This document shows positions 21,048 to 29,440 of a stretch of DNA of 64,000 nucleotides, one piece after another (the stretch's first letter is position 1; every line of letters begins with the position of its first letter). The notes beneath the pieces are model-generated. The model did no database searches. It was given only the letters and a program-made list of their open reading frames with translations, and was not told where the DNA came from. The DNA comes from an uncultured Hyphomicrobiales bacterium. Lineage in GTDB: Bacteria > Bacteroidota > Ignavibacteria > Kapaibacteriales > UBA2268. The position numbers and the translations under genes were made by a program. Location of the stretch: the NCBI GenBank assembly GCA_964465945.1, contig CAYXMM010000005.1, forward strand, positions 30,703 to 94,702, read 5' to 3'.

Positions 21048-21556
21048 TATACTACCTGCTGAATTCCAAATAAAATATTAATGACACCTGCACTATTTTT
21101 TGTTAGAAACGCAGGAGCACTCTCGCCGGTAGCCAGTGGCAAACTTGAGCCAACATTACTCCACCAACCAGTTGGAATGCTCCCAGTTACAACCCCCGAT
21201 GGACTTTTTGTATTTTTACAATCCACCTTATAAGTATATCCAGCCGTCATCTTAGTTGTGTCAATTATTGAGAAACTAAAATCTGCATCGCAGTTTAATT
21301 CAAGCCAATGACCTAAACTTAAATCGACTGAACCAGCCGACTCGCTTGAAGCCGTCTTAGTTTGTATTGTTTCTGCACCTGTGCTTATAGTCTTAGGTTC
21401 AAGGGCGTTTCCAGCAGAATTAACTCCAACTACTTTATTCGCATTTCCTGTTAATGCAAACCCGTCAGTTAAATCTGAGAAAGCAATATCGCCACCTAAT
21501 TCGGCTGGCTTATCTGTAATATCATCCCAACTAACTTTTTTTATTCTATCTCTCAT
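21047..21556 (-). CDS. Hypothetical fibre/baseplate-associated protein
   Basis: 169 aa, G/S/T-rich, ATGA overlap with neighbour. Confidence 0.3.
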   Translation of the reverse strand: MRDRIKKVSWDDITDKPAELGGDIAFSDLTDGFALTGNANKVVGVNSAGNALEPKTISTGAETIQTKTASSESAGSVDLSLGHWLELNCDADFSFSIIDTTKMTAGYTYKVDCKNTKSPSGVVTGSIPTGWWSNVGSSLPLATGESAPAFLTKNSAGVINILFGIQQVV

Positions 21557-21855
21557 TTCTTTATCTTTAATTTAGCAGATGGTTCAAATACGCTAATCAA
21601 GTATGTGTTTTTTGCTCTATCGAAATGAACCCATATCTTAGTTCCATCGTTTAAAGTAGTGTCTATATCTTGATATTCTTGTAATTCAAAGTATATTTCC
21701 TTTTCTTTGATTGTTACTTCAATACTATCTTGTGTGAATACTACTTCTTTCACAATATCGTAAGTATCCGTTACCATTGCTGGCGTTACGAACCCACATG
21801 AAGTAGGTAATAACATCACCATTAATACAAATGCTGTGATTAATATATTTCTCAT
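21553..21855 (-). CDS. Small lipoprotein (possible o-spanin-like or superinfection-exclusion lipoprotein)
   Basis: 100 aa; signal peptide ending in lipobox LPTSCG. Confidence 0.4.
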   Translation of the reverse strand: MRNILITAFVLMVMLLPTSCGFVTPAMVTDTYDIVKEVVFTQDSIEVTIKEKEIYFELQEYQDIDTTLNDGTKIWVHFDRAKNTYLISVFEPSAKLKIKK

Positions 21856-22271
21856 TTTACTGCTCCATTTATATTATCATAAACTGCTCCTGCAATTTCA
21901 GAAGCAAGGATTTGAACTTCTAATTTTGATAATGACTTAATTTCATTTTCAATTCCAGGTGCTAATTTTCTGAGTTTAAATAATTGGTTAATTATTGAGG
22001 TAAAACTTCCAATATCTTTAATGTTAATCTTTCCGTCGGCTACAATCTCAACAATTTCTTTGATGATTGTTTGAATTGGGAAGTCTAATGCGTCAAGAGT
22101 GCTACTTAAATTTACTGACCTTATTGTTTTCTGGATTGATTTAAGATTTTCCTTCGCTTTTAAAGTCATATCCGAAACGTTGTTATTGTTAGATAATTCG
22201 GTTTTAATCAAATTATCGAAAGAAAATATCAGATTTTCAAAATCTTTTGTATTTAATACTACACTATTCAT
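21852..22271 (-). CDS. Hypothetical protein
   Basis: 139-aa ORF. Confidence 0.3.
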   Translation of the reverse strand: MNSVVLNTKDFENLIFSFDNLIKTELSNNNNVSDMTLKAKENLKSIQKTIRSVNLSSTLDALDFPIQTIIKEIVEIVADGKINIKDIGSFTSIINQLFKLRKLAPGIENEIKSLSKLEVQILASEIAGAVYDNINGAVK

Positions 22272-22764
22272 TTACTACCTCGTAATTATAAAATCCATTT
22301 ACTTCTGTTACTGTTGCTCCCCACAGCACTATTTCTTTGAGCGTTACATTCCTAAGCATAATTCTGTCATTAACATTGCCACCAACTAAAATCCCACGTT
22401 TTTTGAGCGTATCCCATTCTGCAAATGTATCAACGTGATGACCGCCTCGCCTTGACTTTACTAAATAATCACCTGGCTTTGGTGTGTATTTATCTAACAT
22501 TATTTGTTTTGCCGTCCATATTCTACCTTCTACTGCAAAATCTCTTGCCCTTGCTGACTTTACTTCTGGTTCGACAAATCCTTTCAGATTAAAGTATGAT
22601 TTTTCAGAAGCACACCATGGCACAGCAGATAGATTAAACACCTCATTCCAGTCATCAATGAACTCGCCACGATTACTTGTAAGTGGTTGCTCCTTTGTCC
22701 CCACGTAATTCAACTCTAACAGGAGGTGCAATGGTGTCTGCTGTTGCTGGTGGTTGAACATCAT
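22264..22764 (-). CDS. CHAP-domain peptidoglycan hydrolase (endolysin or virion lysin); start uncertain, ORF is open up to 22953
   Basis: AVPWCASEKSY (Cys) … GDYLVKSRRGGHHVDTF (His) spacing typical of CHAP amidase/peptidase; upstream part of the ORF overlaps the preceding gene by 280 nt, so Met64 (22764) or a later start is likelier. Confidence 0.5.
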   Translation of the reverse strand: MMFNHQQQQTPLHLLLELNYVGTKEQPLTSNRGEFIDDWNEVFNLSAVPWCASEKSYFNLKGFVEPEVKSARARDFAVEGRIWTAKQIMLDKYTPKPGDYLVKSRRGGHHVDTFAEWDTLKKRGILVGGNVNDRIMLRNVTLKEIVLWGATVTEVNGFYNYEVVNE

Positions 22765-23230
22765 AGACTGGTTGTTGGACTGTGGATTTAACTCTATCTT
22801 CTTCGATAGATAAATTTGATTGTCCTCCAATCCATCTGTCCCCAAACTCCAATGAACTAACAAATAACCAAATAAGCCCAACAAAAAATACCGATAATGC
22901 AATGGAATTTTCTGCCAATTTCTTAATAGTATTTCCCTCAAAATAAATCTCATCTAACCACTCATAAGCTAATAATGAAAAATTAACAATGAAAAGTCCA
23001 AGCGTAAACCCAAATAAATATGTTATGTATTGAAAAGTTAAATAAGATAAAGCACCTAACATCACAAATGAATAAAACAAGATGTTCCTTCTTCTCTTTT
23101 CAAATTGCGAACTTGTAAATTCAGCCCCAGAGTTTGCTTGTTTTTGTTTAATTCTATCAACAAGGGCATCAATTTCCTTCAAAGTTTCTGGGTCTTTGAC
23201 TTCTTTTAAAATATCTATTGAATTACTCAT
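22673..23230 (-). CDS. Three-TM membrane protein (holin-like candidate)
   Basis: 185 aa; three predicted TM helices then a charged, Pro-rich tail; immediately upstream of the CHAP lysin. Confidence 0.35.
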   Translation of the reverse strand: MSNSIDILKEVKDPETLKEIDALVDRIKQKQANSGAEFTSSQFEKRRRNILFYSFVMLGALSYLTFQYITYLFGFTLGLFIVNFSLLAYEWLDEIYFEGNTIKKLAENSIALSVFFVGLIWLFVSSLEFGDRWIGGQSNLSIEEDRVKSTVQQPVYDVQPPATADTIAPPVRVELRGDKGATTYK

Positions 23231-23730
23231 TTCATTGCTCTCTTATTTGTTTTTTTATTTAATTCATTCCATAATGCTTTAAATTCTTTTGAGTTAAGCT
23301 CTTTATTATGGTCTAATAATACTTTAATAGTATTCACTATACTTTTCTCTTGCTCTTTTAAAATCGGTTGAAAGCTTTTAATTGCTTTAATCAATTCCTC
23401 TTTAAGATTTTCTTTATTTTCATAAAATAACTTTTGAATTGATGCAATTTCATTCTGGAATCGCTTATCTAATTCCTCACGTTTCCGCTTTTCTTCTTCA
23501 AGAATTAAAGCGTGGGCTTTAATTTTCTCGGCATTTGACTTAATATGATCGTTCTGCTCGGTGTCGGTAATCTCTCTTTTAGTCTTCCATTCTTCAAGTT
23601 CATCTTTCTCATCATCAATGCTCTTGCGTACTTGAGAGACAACTCCCCAGCCAGTAAATATCAATGTCAAAACTGATACAATCACTGTGATTATTACTAC
23701 TAATGTGCTATTCTCTGATATTGCTTCCAT
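23227..23730 (-). CDS. N-terminal TM plus coiled-coil protein (i-spanin-like topology)
   Basis: 167 aa; single N-terminal TM (VVIITVIVSVLTLIFTGWGVV) followed by a charged heptad-rich region. Confidence 0.35.
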   Translation of the reverse strand: MEAISENSTLVVIITVIVSVLTLIFTGWGVVSQVRKSIDDEKDELEEWKTKREITDTEQNDHIKSNAEKIKAHALILEEEKRKREELDKRFQNEIASIQKLFYENKENLKEELIKAIKSFQPILKEQEKSIVNTIKVLLDHNKELNSKEFKALWNELNKKTNKRAMK

Positions 23731-23738
23731 TTTTACCT

Positions 23739-24170
23739 TTATTTTGGATATACTGTGGCTTTGCCAATTATTAGCACTGCCTCGTATAAGCCCGTTTTAT
23801 TATCTTTTACTGGTCTAACACCATCTTCAAATAATGTATAACCCTGTTGATGTAGAACATCTGTGATATTATCTATCAAAACTTCTATGTCAAGAGGATT
23901 ACTATCATCTTCTTTTAATACTTTTGAAAAAATGAAGATTGACAATGCTTCAAATACTTTATAAGTATGTGCCGAAGCTTCATCGTATTTCTTCCCGGAA
24001 TAAGTTACATAAATACTTGCGTCTGTATTCTTCGCCTTCATGTAAATATCTTCTTTTTGTTCTTCTGTTTCAGGATATAAAGTAGAATATATCTTGATTT
24101 TGTCATTAACTAATGGTGAAGATTTAAGAATATTTACAATTGCGTTCTTTAACTCTTTTGTCCGACTCAT
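23739..24170 (-). CDS. Hypothetical head-tail joining protein
   Basis: 143 aa, position after the connector-like gene. Confidence 0.3.
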   Translation of the reverse strand: MSRTKELKNAIVNILKSSPLVNDKIKIYSTLYPETEEQKEDIYMKAKNTDASIYVTYSGKKYDEASAHTYKVFEALSIFIFSKVLKEDDSNPLDIEVLIDNITDVLHQQGYTLFEDGVRPVKDNKTGLYEAVLIIGKATVYPK

Positions 24171-24601
24171 TACATAAACCCTTGAAAGAACTCTTCAGTG
24201 TATTTCCTTTGCCGACCTGTTGCAACTACCATTGTGCCTGATATTTCACTCTCTTTTAACTCAACACCCACAAGATTTTGGTATCCAGTGGCAATATTGT
24301 CTAACATTTGTAATGCTTGCTTATACCGATAAGTCAGAGATTCTAATTCATCGTCAGTATATTTAGTACTATAAATGAAGTAAATTGAAATATCAAGCAC
24401 CAGGCGTTTTAATTCATCTGGAACTGGCGTGATTGGAATTGCGTATTTATTGCTTAACTTACTATCAACAAAAGCGCTCGCATCCGTTAAATGTAAATTT
24501 AGCTTAGCATCATCAATCACTCCTGAACCGTTATCTAATATATTTGTAATAACTGCTTCATCGGTTCTTGATAAGATATAGTTCTTATCAATATATGCCA
24601 T
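24170..24601 (-). CDS. Head-tail connector (gp6-like) protein
   Basis: 143 aa; N-terminal MAYIDKNYILSRTDEAVITNILD… pattern and position after capsid resemble the gp6-like connector family. Confidence 0.4.
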   Translation of the reverse strand: MAYIDKNYILSRTDEAVITNILDNGSGVIDDAKLNLHLTDASAFVDSKLSNKYAIPITPVPDELKRLVLDISIYFIYSTKYTDDELESLTYRYKQALQMLDNIATGYQNLVGVELKESEISGTMVVATGRQRKYTEEFFQGFM

Positions 24602-24948
24602 TATGGAACTGCGATTACAATTACATCATTTGCATTAGTAGCGGCAGTTAAAGCTCTGCCGTTCTTTTTGCCAGTAGTTAAAGTAATTGCACGACCTGAG
24701 CCATCTGATTCGACATCAGCACCGACTGCCACAGCTGCACCAGCAAGAACTTTTACAGTTCCAACTCTGACTACTGAATAATTATCACCTTGATTCCAAT
24801 CATAGTTTGATACATATCCAGATTCACCAGCAGTAGCAACCGCTCCAGTCTCTTTAATAAACTTTTGCTTTGGTAGTGCTGTTTGTGCTGGTGCATAAGC
24901 AGTATCTTCAAATATTGGGGTTGTTAGATTTTCTCTTACAATAGACAT
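24601..24948 (-). CDS. Hypothetical head protein (decoration/Ig-like?)
   Basis: 115 aa, Ala/Gly/Val-rich. Confidence 0.3.
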   Translation of the reverse strand: MSIVRENLTTPIFEDTAYAPAQTALPKQKFIKETGAVATAGESGYVSNYDWNQGDNYSVVRVGTVKVLAGAAVAVGADVESDGSGRAITLTTGKKNGRALTAATNANDVIVIAVP

Positions 24949-24950
24949 TT

Positions 24951-25181
24951 TTATTCTCCTTCAGTTTTTTTAGGTTGAATATCCTCAGAGTTTGAATCAT
25001 CAACAACGACTTCTTCAATTTTCTCTGAGATATTTTCTTTATCAATTATTTTTAAGACTTTTTTGCGTCTTTCATACTCGAGCGGTGCTATCTCAAGAAT
25101 AGCACCCTCTTTGTAGTATTTGTCGTTTATCCAAGCATCAGAGCCGACCACTTGAACTTTAATTAAAGTGTTCTTAGCCAT
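24951..25181 (-). CDS. Small hypothetical protein
   Basis: 76 aa between capsid and head protein genes. Confidence 0.25.
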   Translation of the reverse strand: MAKNTLIKVQVVGSDAWINDKYYKEGAILEIAPLEYERRKKVLKIIDKENISEKIEEVVVDDSNSEDIQPKKTEGE

Positions 25182-25189
25182 TGTCTGCC

Positions 25190-26137
25190 TTATGCGTTAG
25201 TGTCGTTAATAATATACCCAGCGTTACTCATCAATATTGCTACGGCTGAATAAGTTCTACCGTCAATGATTTTAACATCTTGTGCGTTATCTTTCCAATA
25301 AGTTCTAATCGAAGGTAATCCTTTGTAATTAAATGAATACCCGAAAGATGGAGTGTATAAATCGCCTTTGCCTTGTGCGTTTCTTGGGGAATAACATAAT
25401 ATTGCGTTATCTTCCCAGATATTATTGAAAGCATCACCAGTTGCTGTTTGAATATAACTTCCAGAGCCGACATAAATTTCGATTCGTAAAAGTTCTTTTA
25501 ATTGCTCTACTGTTGGAATACCTGGTTTATTAACTCCAAAAACCGCATCTTTAATCTCTTTATGGTTTTTCAATGAGTTAAAAGCAGAATGCCCTATTAT
25601 CATTACATTAGGGTATTTTCCAATTTTATTTCTTATTGCTTCTTTTGCGGTATCTATTTGTGCAATAGGATGTGAGTCCACATCAGTCCATTGGTCATTT
25701 CCTGTTAAAGTAACTTTGTTGCCTGATGGATAACTTGCTAAACTCTGCAACATATCGGCAATTCTAACTTCATCGCCTAAGTCGATTGCGTCTTTTACAA
25801 CTTTTGTCCCATAAATCTCTAAATCAAGATTTTGACCAGTAGAAGCCGCAATCTCTCTAATATCAAGAGGGTAACCTAAGCCGTGTTCATGTAGGTTAAT
25901 GTCAACTTTACCATAAGAAGTTGGGTCTAACAATTTTTGTTGACCTCTTAACGCTCTTTCTGTATTATAAACTCTAAAATGGTCTTTGCCATAAGAAGGA
26001 ATCATAATTGCTAAATCTGATACATTTACTTGTGGCAGAGCAAATCTACCAACAAAAGCATCATTTGAATATCCAAGTGCGATATTAGTTAAGGAAGTTC
26101 TTTGACCTAACATAAGGTCTGCTATTCTCTTATCCAT
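25190..26137 (-). CDS. Major capsid protein (HK97-fold candidate)
   Basis: 315 aa directly downstream of the prohead protease/scaffold gene. Confidence 0.55.
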   Translation of the reverse strand: MDKRIADLMLGQRTSLTNIALGYSNDAFVGRFALPQVNVSDLAIMIPSYGKDHFRVYNTERALRGQQKLLDPTSYGKVDINLHEHGLGYPLDIREIAASTGQNLDLEIYGTKVVKDAIDLGDEVRIADMLQSLASYPSGNKVTLTGNDQWTDVDSHPIAQIDTAKEAIRNKIGKYPNVMIIGHSAFNSLKNHKEIKDAVFGVNKPGIPTVEQLKELLRIEIYVGSGSYIQTATGDAFNNIWEDNAILCYSPRNAQGKGDLYTPSFGYSFNYKGLPSIRTYWKDNAQDVKIIDGRTYSAVAILMSNAGYIINDTNA

Positions 26138-27314
26138 TGAGACCTCCTCTTAGGGTATTAAATGCAGTTTCAAAATCTACATTATTTTTCACCATAAATT
26201 CTTTGACCATTGCAGTTACAACTGCATCGTTATCAGGATTTTCAAAATCTTGAATAGTTGTAATGTTTGGTGTTTCGGTTGTTCGGTTATAGCTGTTTGC
26301 AAGCAATGGATTTGTAGGCAATGAATTTAATATCTCAACTTTTTTGTTAAAAGCTTCGACATTGTTGATTTTTTTGTCAAGTAAATCTTGAACTTCATAA
26401 TCTTTCATTGCGGGCAGTATTTTACCTGAGTTGATAAACCCACTAACTAAGTTGCTGACTTCAATTGTGGCAATTTGCCCTTTTAATTCTTTGATTTCTT
26501 TTGATAAAGTAGAATTTTGAGTCGTTACCTCAGAATTTACTTTCTCTAATTCAGAAACCTTCGTAGAATAGTCGTTTTTAATTGTGCCGATTTCAACATC
26601 CTTTTGATTGAGAGCAGATTTCAGGTCTGCAACTTGGTCTATCTTCTCATTCAAAAGCTTGCTTAATTCAGCACCAGAATCTTTATCAATTGGCATTGAT
26701 TCTTCTCCTTGATGATTAATTAATGTTTTTTCTCTATTTGAAAGGGCAACATATTTGTAGGATTCTATTTTATCCATATAGTTAGTTGCTTTGAGTTCTT
26801 CTTCTTCTTCTTTGTCTGGCTCGTAGATAGCATCTACAAGTTTGTATTTGAGGGCTTCTTTCGATGTCATCAATCTATCTTCATTCATTATAGATTTTAA
26901 ACCATCGTTATCAAGATTGGTCTTTCTTTTATACACATCAATGATTTGATTTGTGATGTCGTCCAATACTTTACCTTGCTTTTTAAACTCTTCAGCATCA
27001 CCGATTGCTATTGAGTAGGGATTATGAATTAGATATGAAGCAGTTTTTGCAATTAGAGTTTTATGACCTGCGAACGCAATTAATGAAGCAATACTCGCAG
27101 CAAGACCAATGATTTTAATTGTGATTTCATTTGTCTTTGACTTTTCTAATAGTAAATTATAAACCGAATAGCCAGTAAATACACTCCCACCAGGTGAATT
27201 TATAAACACAGTAATCGGTTCGCCCTGTTCGATTTTGCTTAACTGTTCTGAAAGGATTTTGTCGTTAAATCCCCATTCAAAGATTGGTTCTAATATGTAA
27301 ATGCTTTTACTCAT
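26130..27314 (-). CDS. ClpP/S14-like prohead protease fused to a coiled-coil scaffold domain
   Basis: N-terminus INSPGGSVFTGYSVYNLL resembles the ClpP-type peptidase core; C-terminal half is a K/E-rich coiled coil. Confidence 0.7.
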   Translation of the reverse strand: MSKSIYILEPIFEWGFNDKILSEQLSKIEQGEPITVFINSPGGSVFTGYSVYNLLLEKSKTNEITIKIIGLAASIASLIAFAGHKTLIAKTASYLIHNPYSIAIGDAEEFKKQGKVLDDITNQIIDVYKRKTNLDNDGLKSIMNEDRLMTSKEALKYKLVDAIYEPDKEEEEELKATNYMDKIESYKYVALSNREKTLINHQGEESMPIDKDSGAELSKLLNEKIDQVADLKSALNQKDVEIGTIKNDYSTKVSELEKVNSEVTTQNSTLSKEIKELKGQIATIEVSNLVSGFINSGKILPAMKDYEVQDLLDKKINNVEAFNKKVEILNSLPTNPLLANSYNRTTETPNITTIQDFENPDNDAVVTAMVKEFMVKNNVDFETAFNTLRGGLNG

Positions 27315-27346
27315 TTGGCTTGCTCTCTTTTACAAATGCAAGTTTA

Positions 27347-27430
27347 GGGGTATAAAAGGGAAAATTTAAGGGAAGATTTCAAGTAAGATTTCGGGGAAAT
27401 GTTCGGGGAAGATTTCGTTGAAAATTTCCA
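27347..27430. promoter_or_regulatory. Array of ~6 tandem 12-bp direct repeats (consensus GGGGAAGATTTC) in the divergent late-capsid / packaging promoter region
   Basis: gggaaaatttaa gggaagatttc aagtaagatttc ggggaaatgttc ggggaagatttc gttgaaaatttcc read directly from 27358-27429. Confidence 0.5.
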
Positions 27431-27477
27431 AAAATATTCACTTGTTTTGCAACATCAATTTATAAATAGCAGGAATT

Positions 27478-28905
27478 ATGCAAGAAGAAGTAATTAGTTT
27501 AAGAAATAAGATTAAATCTATACCAGATGCTTTGTTAACTGAAATTGGGCTTAATCAAGAGCAACGCTCAAATTTTATTAATTATAAAATCTTTCCGATT
27601 GGACTGATTAAAAAAGCCCCTTGGAATTATAAAAATAATGATGATAAAATTTCTGAGAAATTGCGAAATAATATTAAACGAATTGGTCAAGTCGAAAACG
27701 TCCAAGTGCGAGAACTTGAAGATGGTTATTATGAAATGGTGAATGGTAATCACCGATTAGATGATATGATTGCCTTAGGCAAGGAGTTTATAGTGGCTTA
27801 CGACCACGGCGATATTTCTGAAACTGAAGCTAAACGAATTGCTATTGAGACTAATGAAACAAGATTTGAATCTGACGAAATGAAACTGTCTATTTTACTT
27901 AATGAACTTAAACTTGATTTCAATATAGATGACTTAAAAATTACATTACCTTATTCAGATTTTGAACTTAGAAATATTTCTAATTTTAGTTTGTCAAATA
28001 AAAACTTAGATATTAATTCAGTTGAAGAAGATGATTATTCAGAGGAATTAACTGAAAAACCAAAAACAAAAATTGGTGATTTATTTGAGTTAAACGGGCA
28101 TAGATTATTATGTGGCGATTCAACAAGTGATGATGATGTTGCAAGATTAATGAACGGTAAACTTGCCTCATTAACTCATACTGACCCACCTTATAATGTG
28201 AATTATGCTGAATTAAATCACAACGGGCGACCTCATCAAGGTAAGGATTGGGGTGAATCGTATTGCTCGGCTTGGCAGGACAGTATGAGCGATGATGATT
28301 ATGTACAATTCTTGATTACTTTTATAGGACTTGCTAAAAAATATTCAATCGAATATGCTAATTATTACATTTGGCACGCTACTAAATACTTCCCAGAATT
28401 ATTACATGCTCTGAAAGTTAATGAAATTTCGTTCGACCCAGTTCCGATTATCTGGAAGAAACAAGTCGCACCTTTAACTTTTGCACGTTACGCTCGAATT
28501 TATGAGCCGTGTGTATATGCGGGTAAGGATTCAACTGTTGCTTCTACTATTAATGGACGTTGGTTCGGTCCAGCAAATGAAAATAATGTCTGGGAGATAA
28601 GCAGAGACGGAAATAGGACTTATATTCATCCGACTCAAAAGCCAGTAGCTCTAGCTGCGAGGGCAATTAGAAATTCAAGTTTAATCGGTGAGATTGTGCT
28701 TGATTTATTTTTAGGCAGTGGAACTACCTTAATTGCATCAGACACTTTAGACAGGGTTTGTTTTGGAATGGAAATGGAGCCGAAGTTCTGTGATGGAATT
28801 GTGAAAAGGTTTATTAAATATTGCGAAGATAATAATAAAGAATGTCAAGTTAAACTCAATGGCGAGATTATAACAAAGGAATATTTCGAGGTTGAAAATG
28901 AATAA
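27478..28905 (+). CDS. ParB-like nuclease domain fused to a DNA N6-adenine/N4-cytosine methyltransferase (DPPY class)
   Basis: N-terminal EMVNGNHRLDDMIALG (ParB/Srx GxxR motif); central LTHTDPPYNV catalytic motif IV; FLGSGTT SAM motif near the C-terminus (permuted beta-class MTase). Confidence 0.75.
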   Translation: MQEEVISLRNKIKSIPDALLTEIGLNQEQRSNFINYKIFPIGLIKKAPWNYKNNDDKISEKLRNNIKRIGQVENVQVRELEDGYYEMVNGNHRLDDMIALGKEFIVAYDHGDISETEAKRIAIETNETRFESDEMKLSILLNELKLDFNIDDLKITLPYSDFELRNISNFSLSNKNLDINSVEEDDYSEELTEKPKTKIGDLFELNGHRLLCGDSTSDDDVARLMNGKLASLTHTDPPYNVNYAELNHNGRPHQGKDWGESYCSAWQDSMSDDDYVQFLITFIGLAKKYSIEYANYYIWHATKYFPELLHALKVNEISFDPVPIIWKKQVAPLTFARYARIYEPCVYAGKDSTVASTINGRWFGPANENNVWEISRDGNRTYIHPTQKPVALAARAIRNSSLIGEIVLDLFLGSGTTLIASDTLDRVCFGMEMEPKFCDGIVKRFIKYCEDNNKECQVKLNGEIITKEYFEVENE

Positions 28906-29440
28906 TGAAGATAAAGAATTGAACCCCTCTTGGTATCGGAGAGAAGATGAATCAGACCTTGCTTATGAACTATTTGAGACTTATCGGCTTTTACCTCCGT
29001 CGGATAGAACTTATGTAAATGTGGCAAGGAGACGCACGGACAAAGGTAATGATTATTCTACGATAATTCGGAAGCATGCTAAGCTATATAATTGGAATGA
29101 TAGGGTTCGAGATTGGGATAATCACCTTACCTTTTTAAAGGATAAGCAGATTACTGATTTGCTTGCAGAAGCTAAAATAGAACACCAAGAATTAGCAAGA
29201 GCAGTTAGAGTTTCATTATCAACTCCGTTGAAGTCGTTCGCAAAAAAAATTAACAACGGAGAGAATTTTGATTCAATGTCAATGAAAGAATTGTATAAAT
29301 TATTATTACAATTACCTGATAGATTGAAACGATTACAAGAGATAGAATTTACAGCACTCGGACATGCTACTGAAATTAAAAAACAAGATGTTACTTCAAA
29401 TGGGAATACAATCACTGTTAATTTAATTGATGACCTATGA
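28892..29440 (+). CDS. Terminase small subunit (putative)
   Basis: 182 aa immediately upstream of, and overlapping, the large terminase gene. Confidence 0.45.
   Translation: MKMNNEDKELNPSWYRREDESDLAYELFETYRLLPPSDRTYVNVARRRTDKGNDYSTIIRKHAKLYNWNDRVRDWDNHLTFLKDKQITDLLAEAKIEHQELARAVRVSLSTPLKSFAKKINNGENFDSMSMKELYKLLLQLPDRLKRLQEIEFTALGHATEIKKQDVTSNGNTITVNLIDDL

Noticed and set aside
28845-29415. Minus-strand ORFs 28845-29027 and 29122-29415
   Set aside because: Antisense to the TerS/TerL genes with no translational signals.
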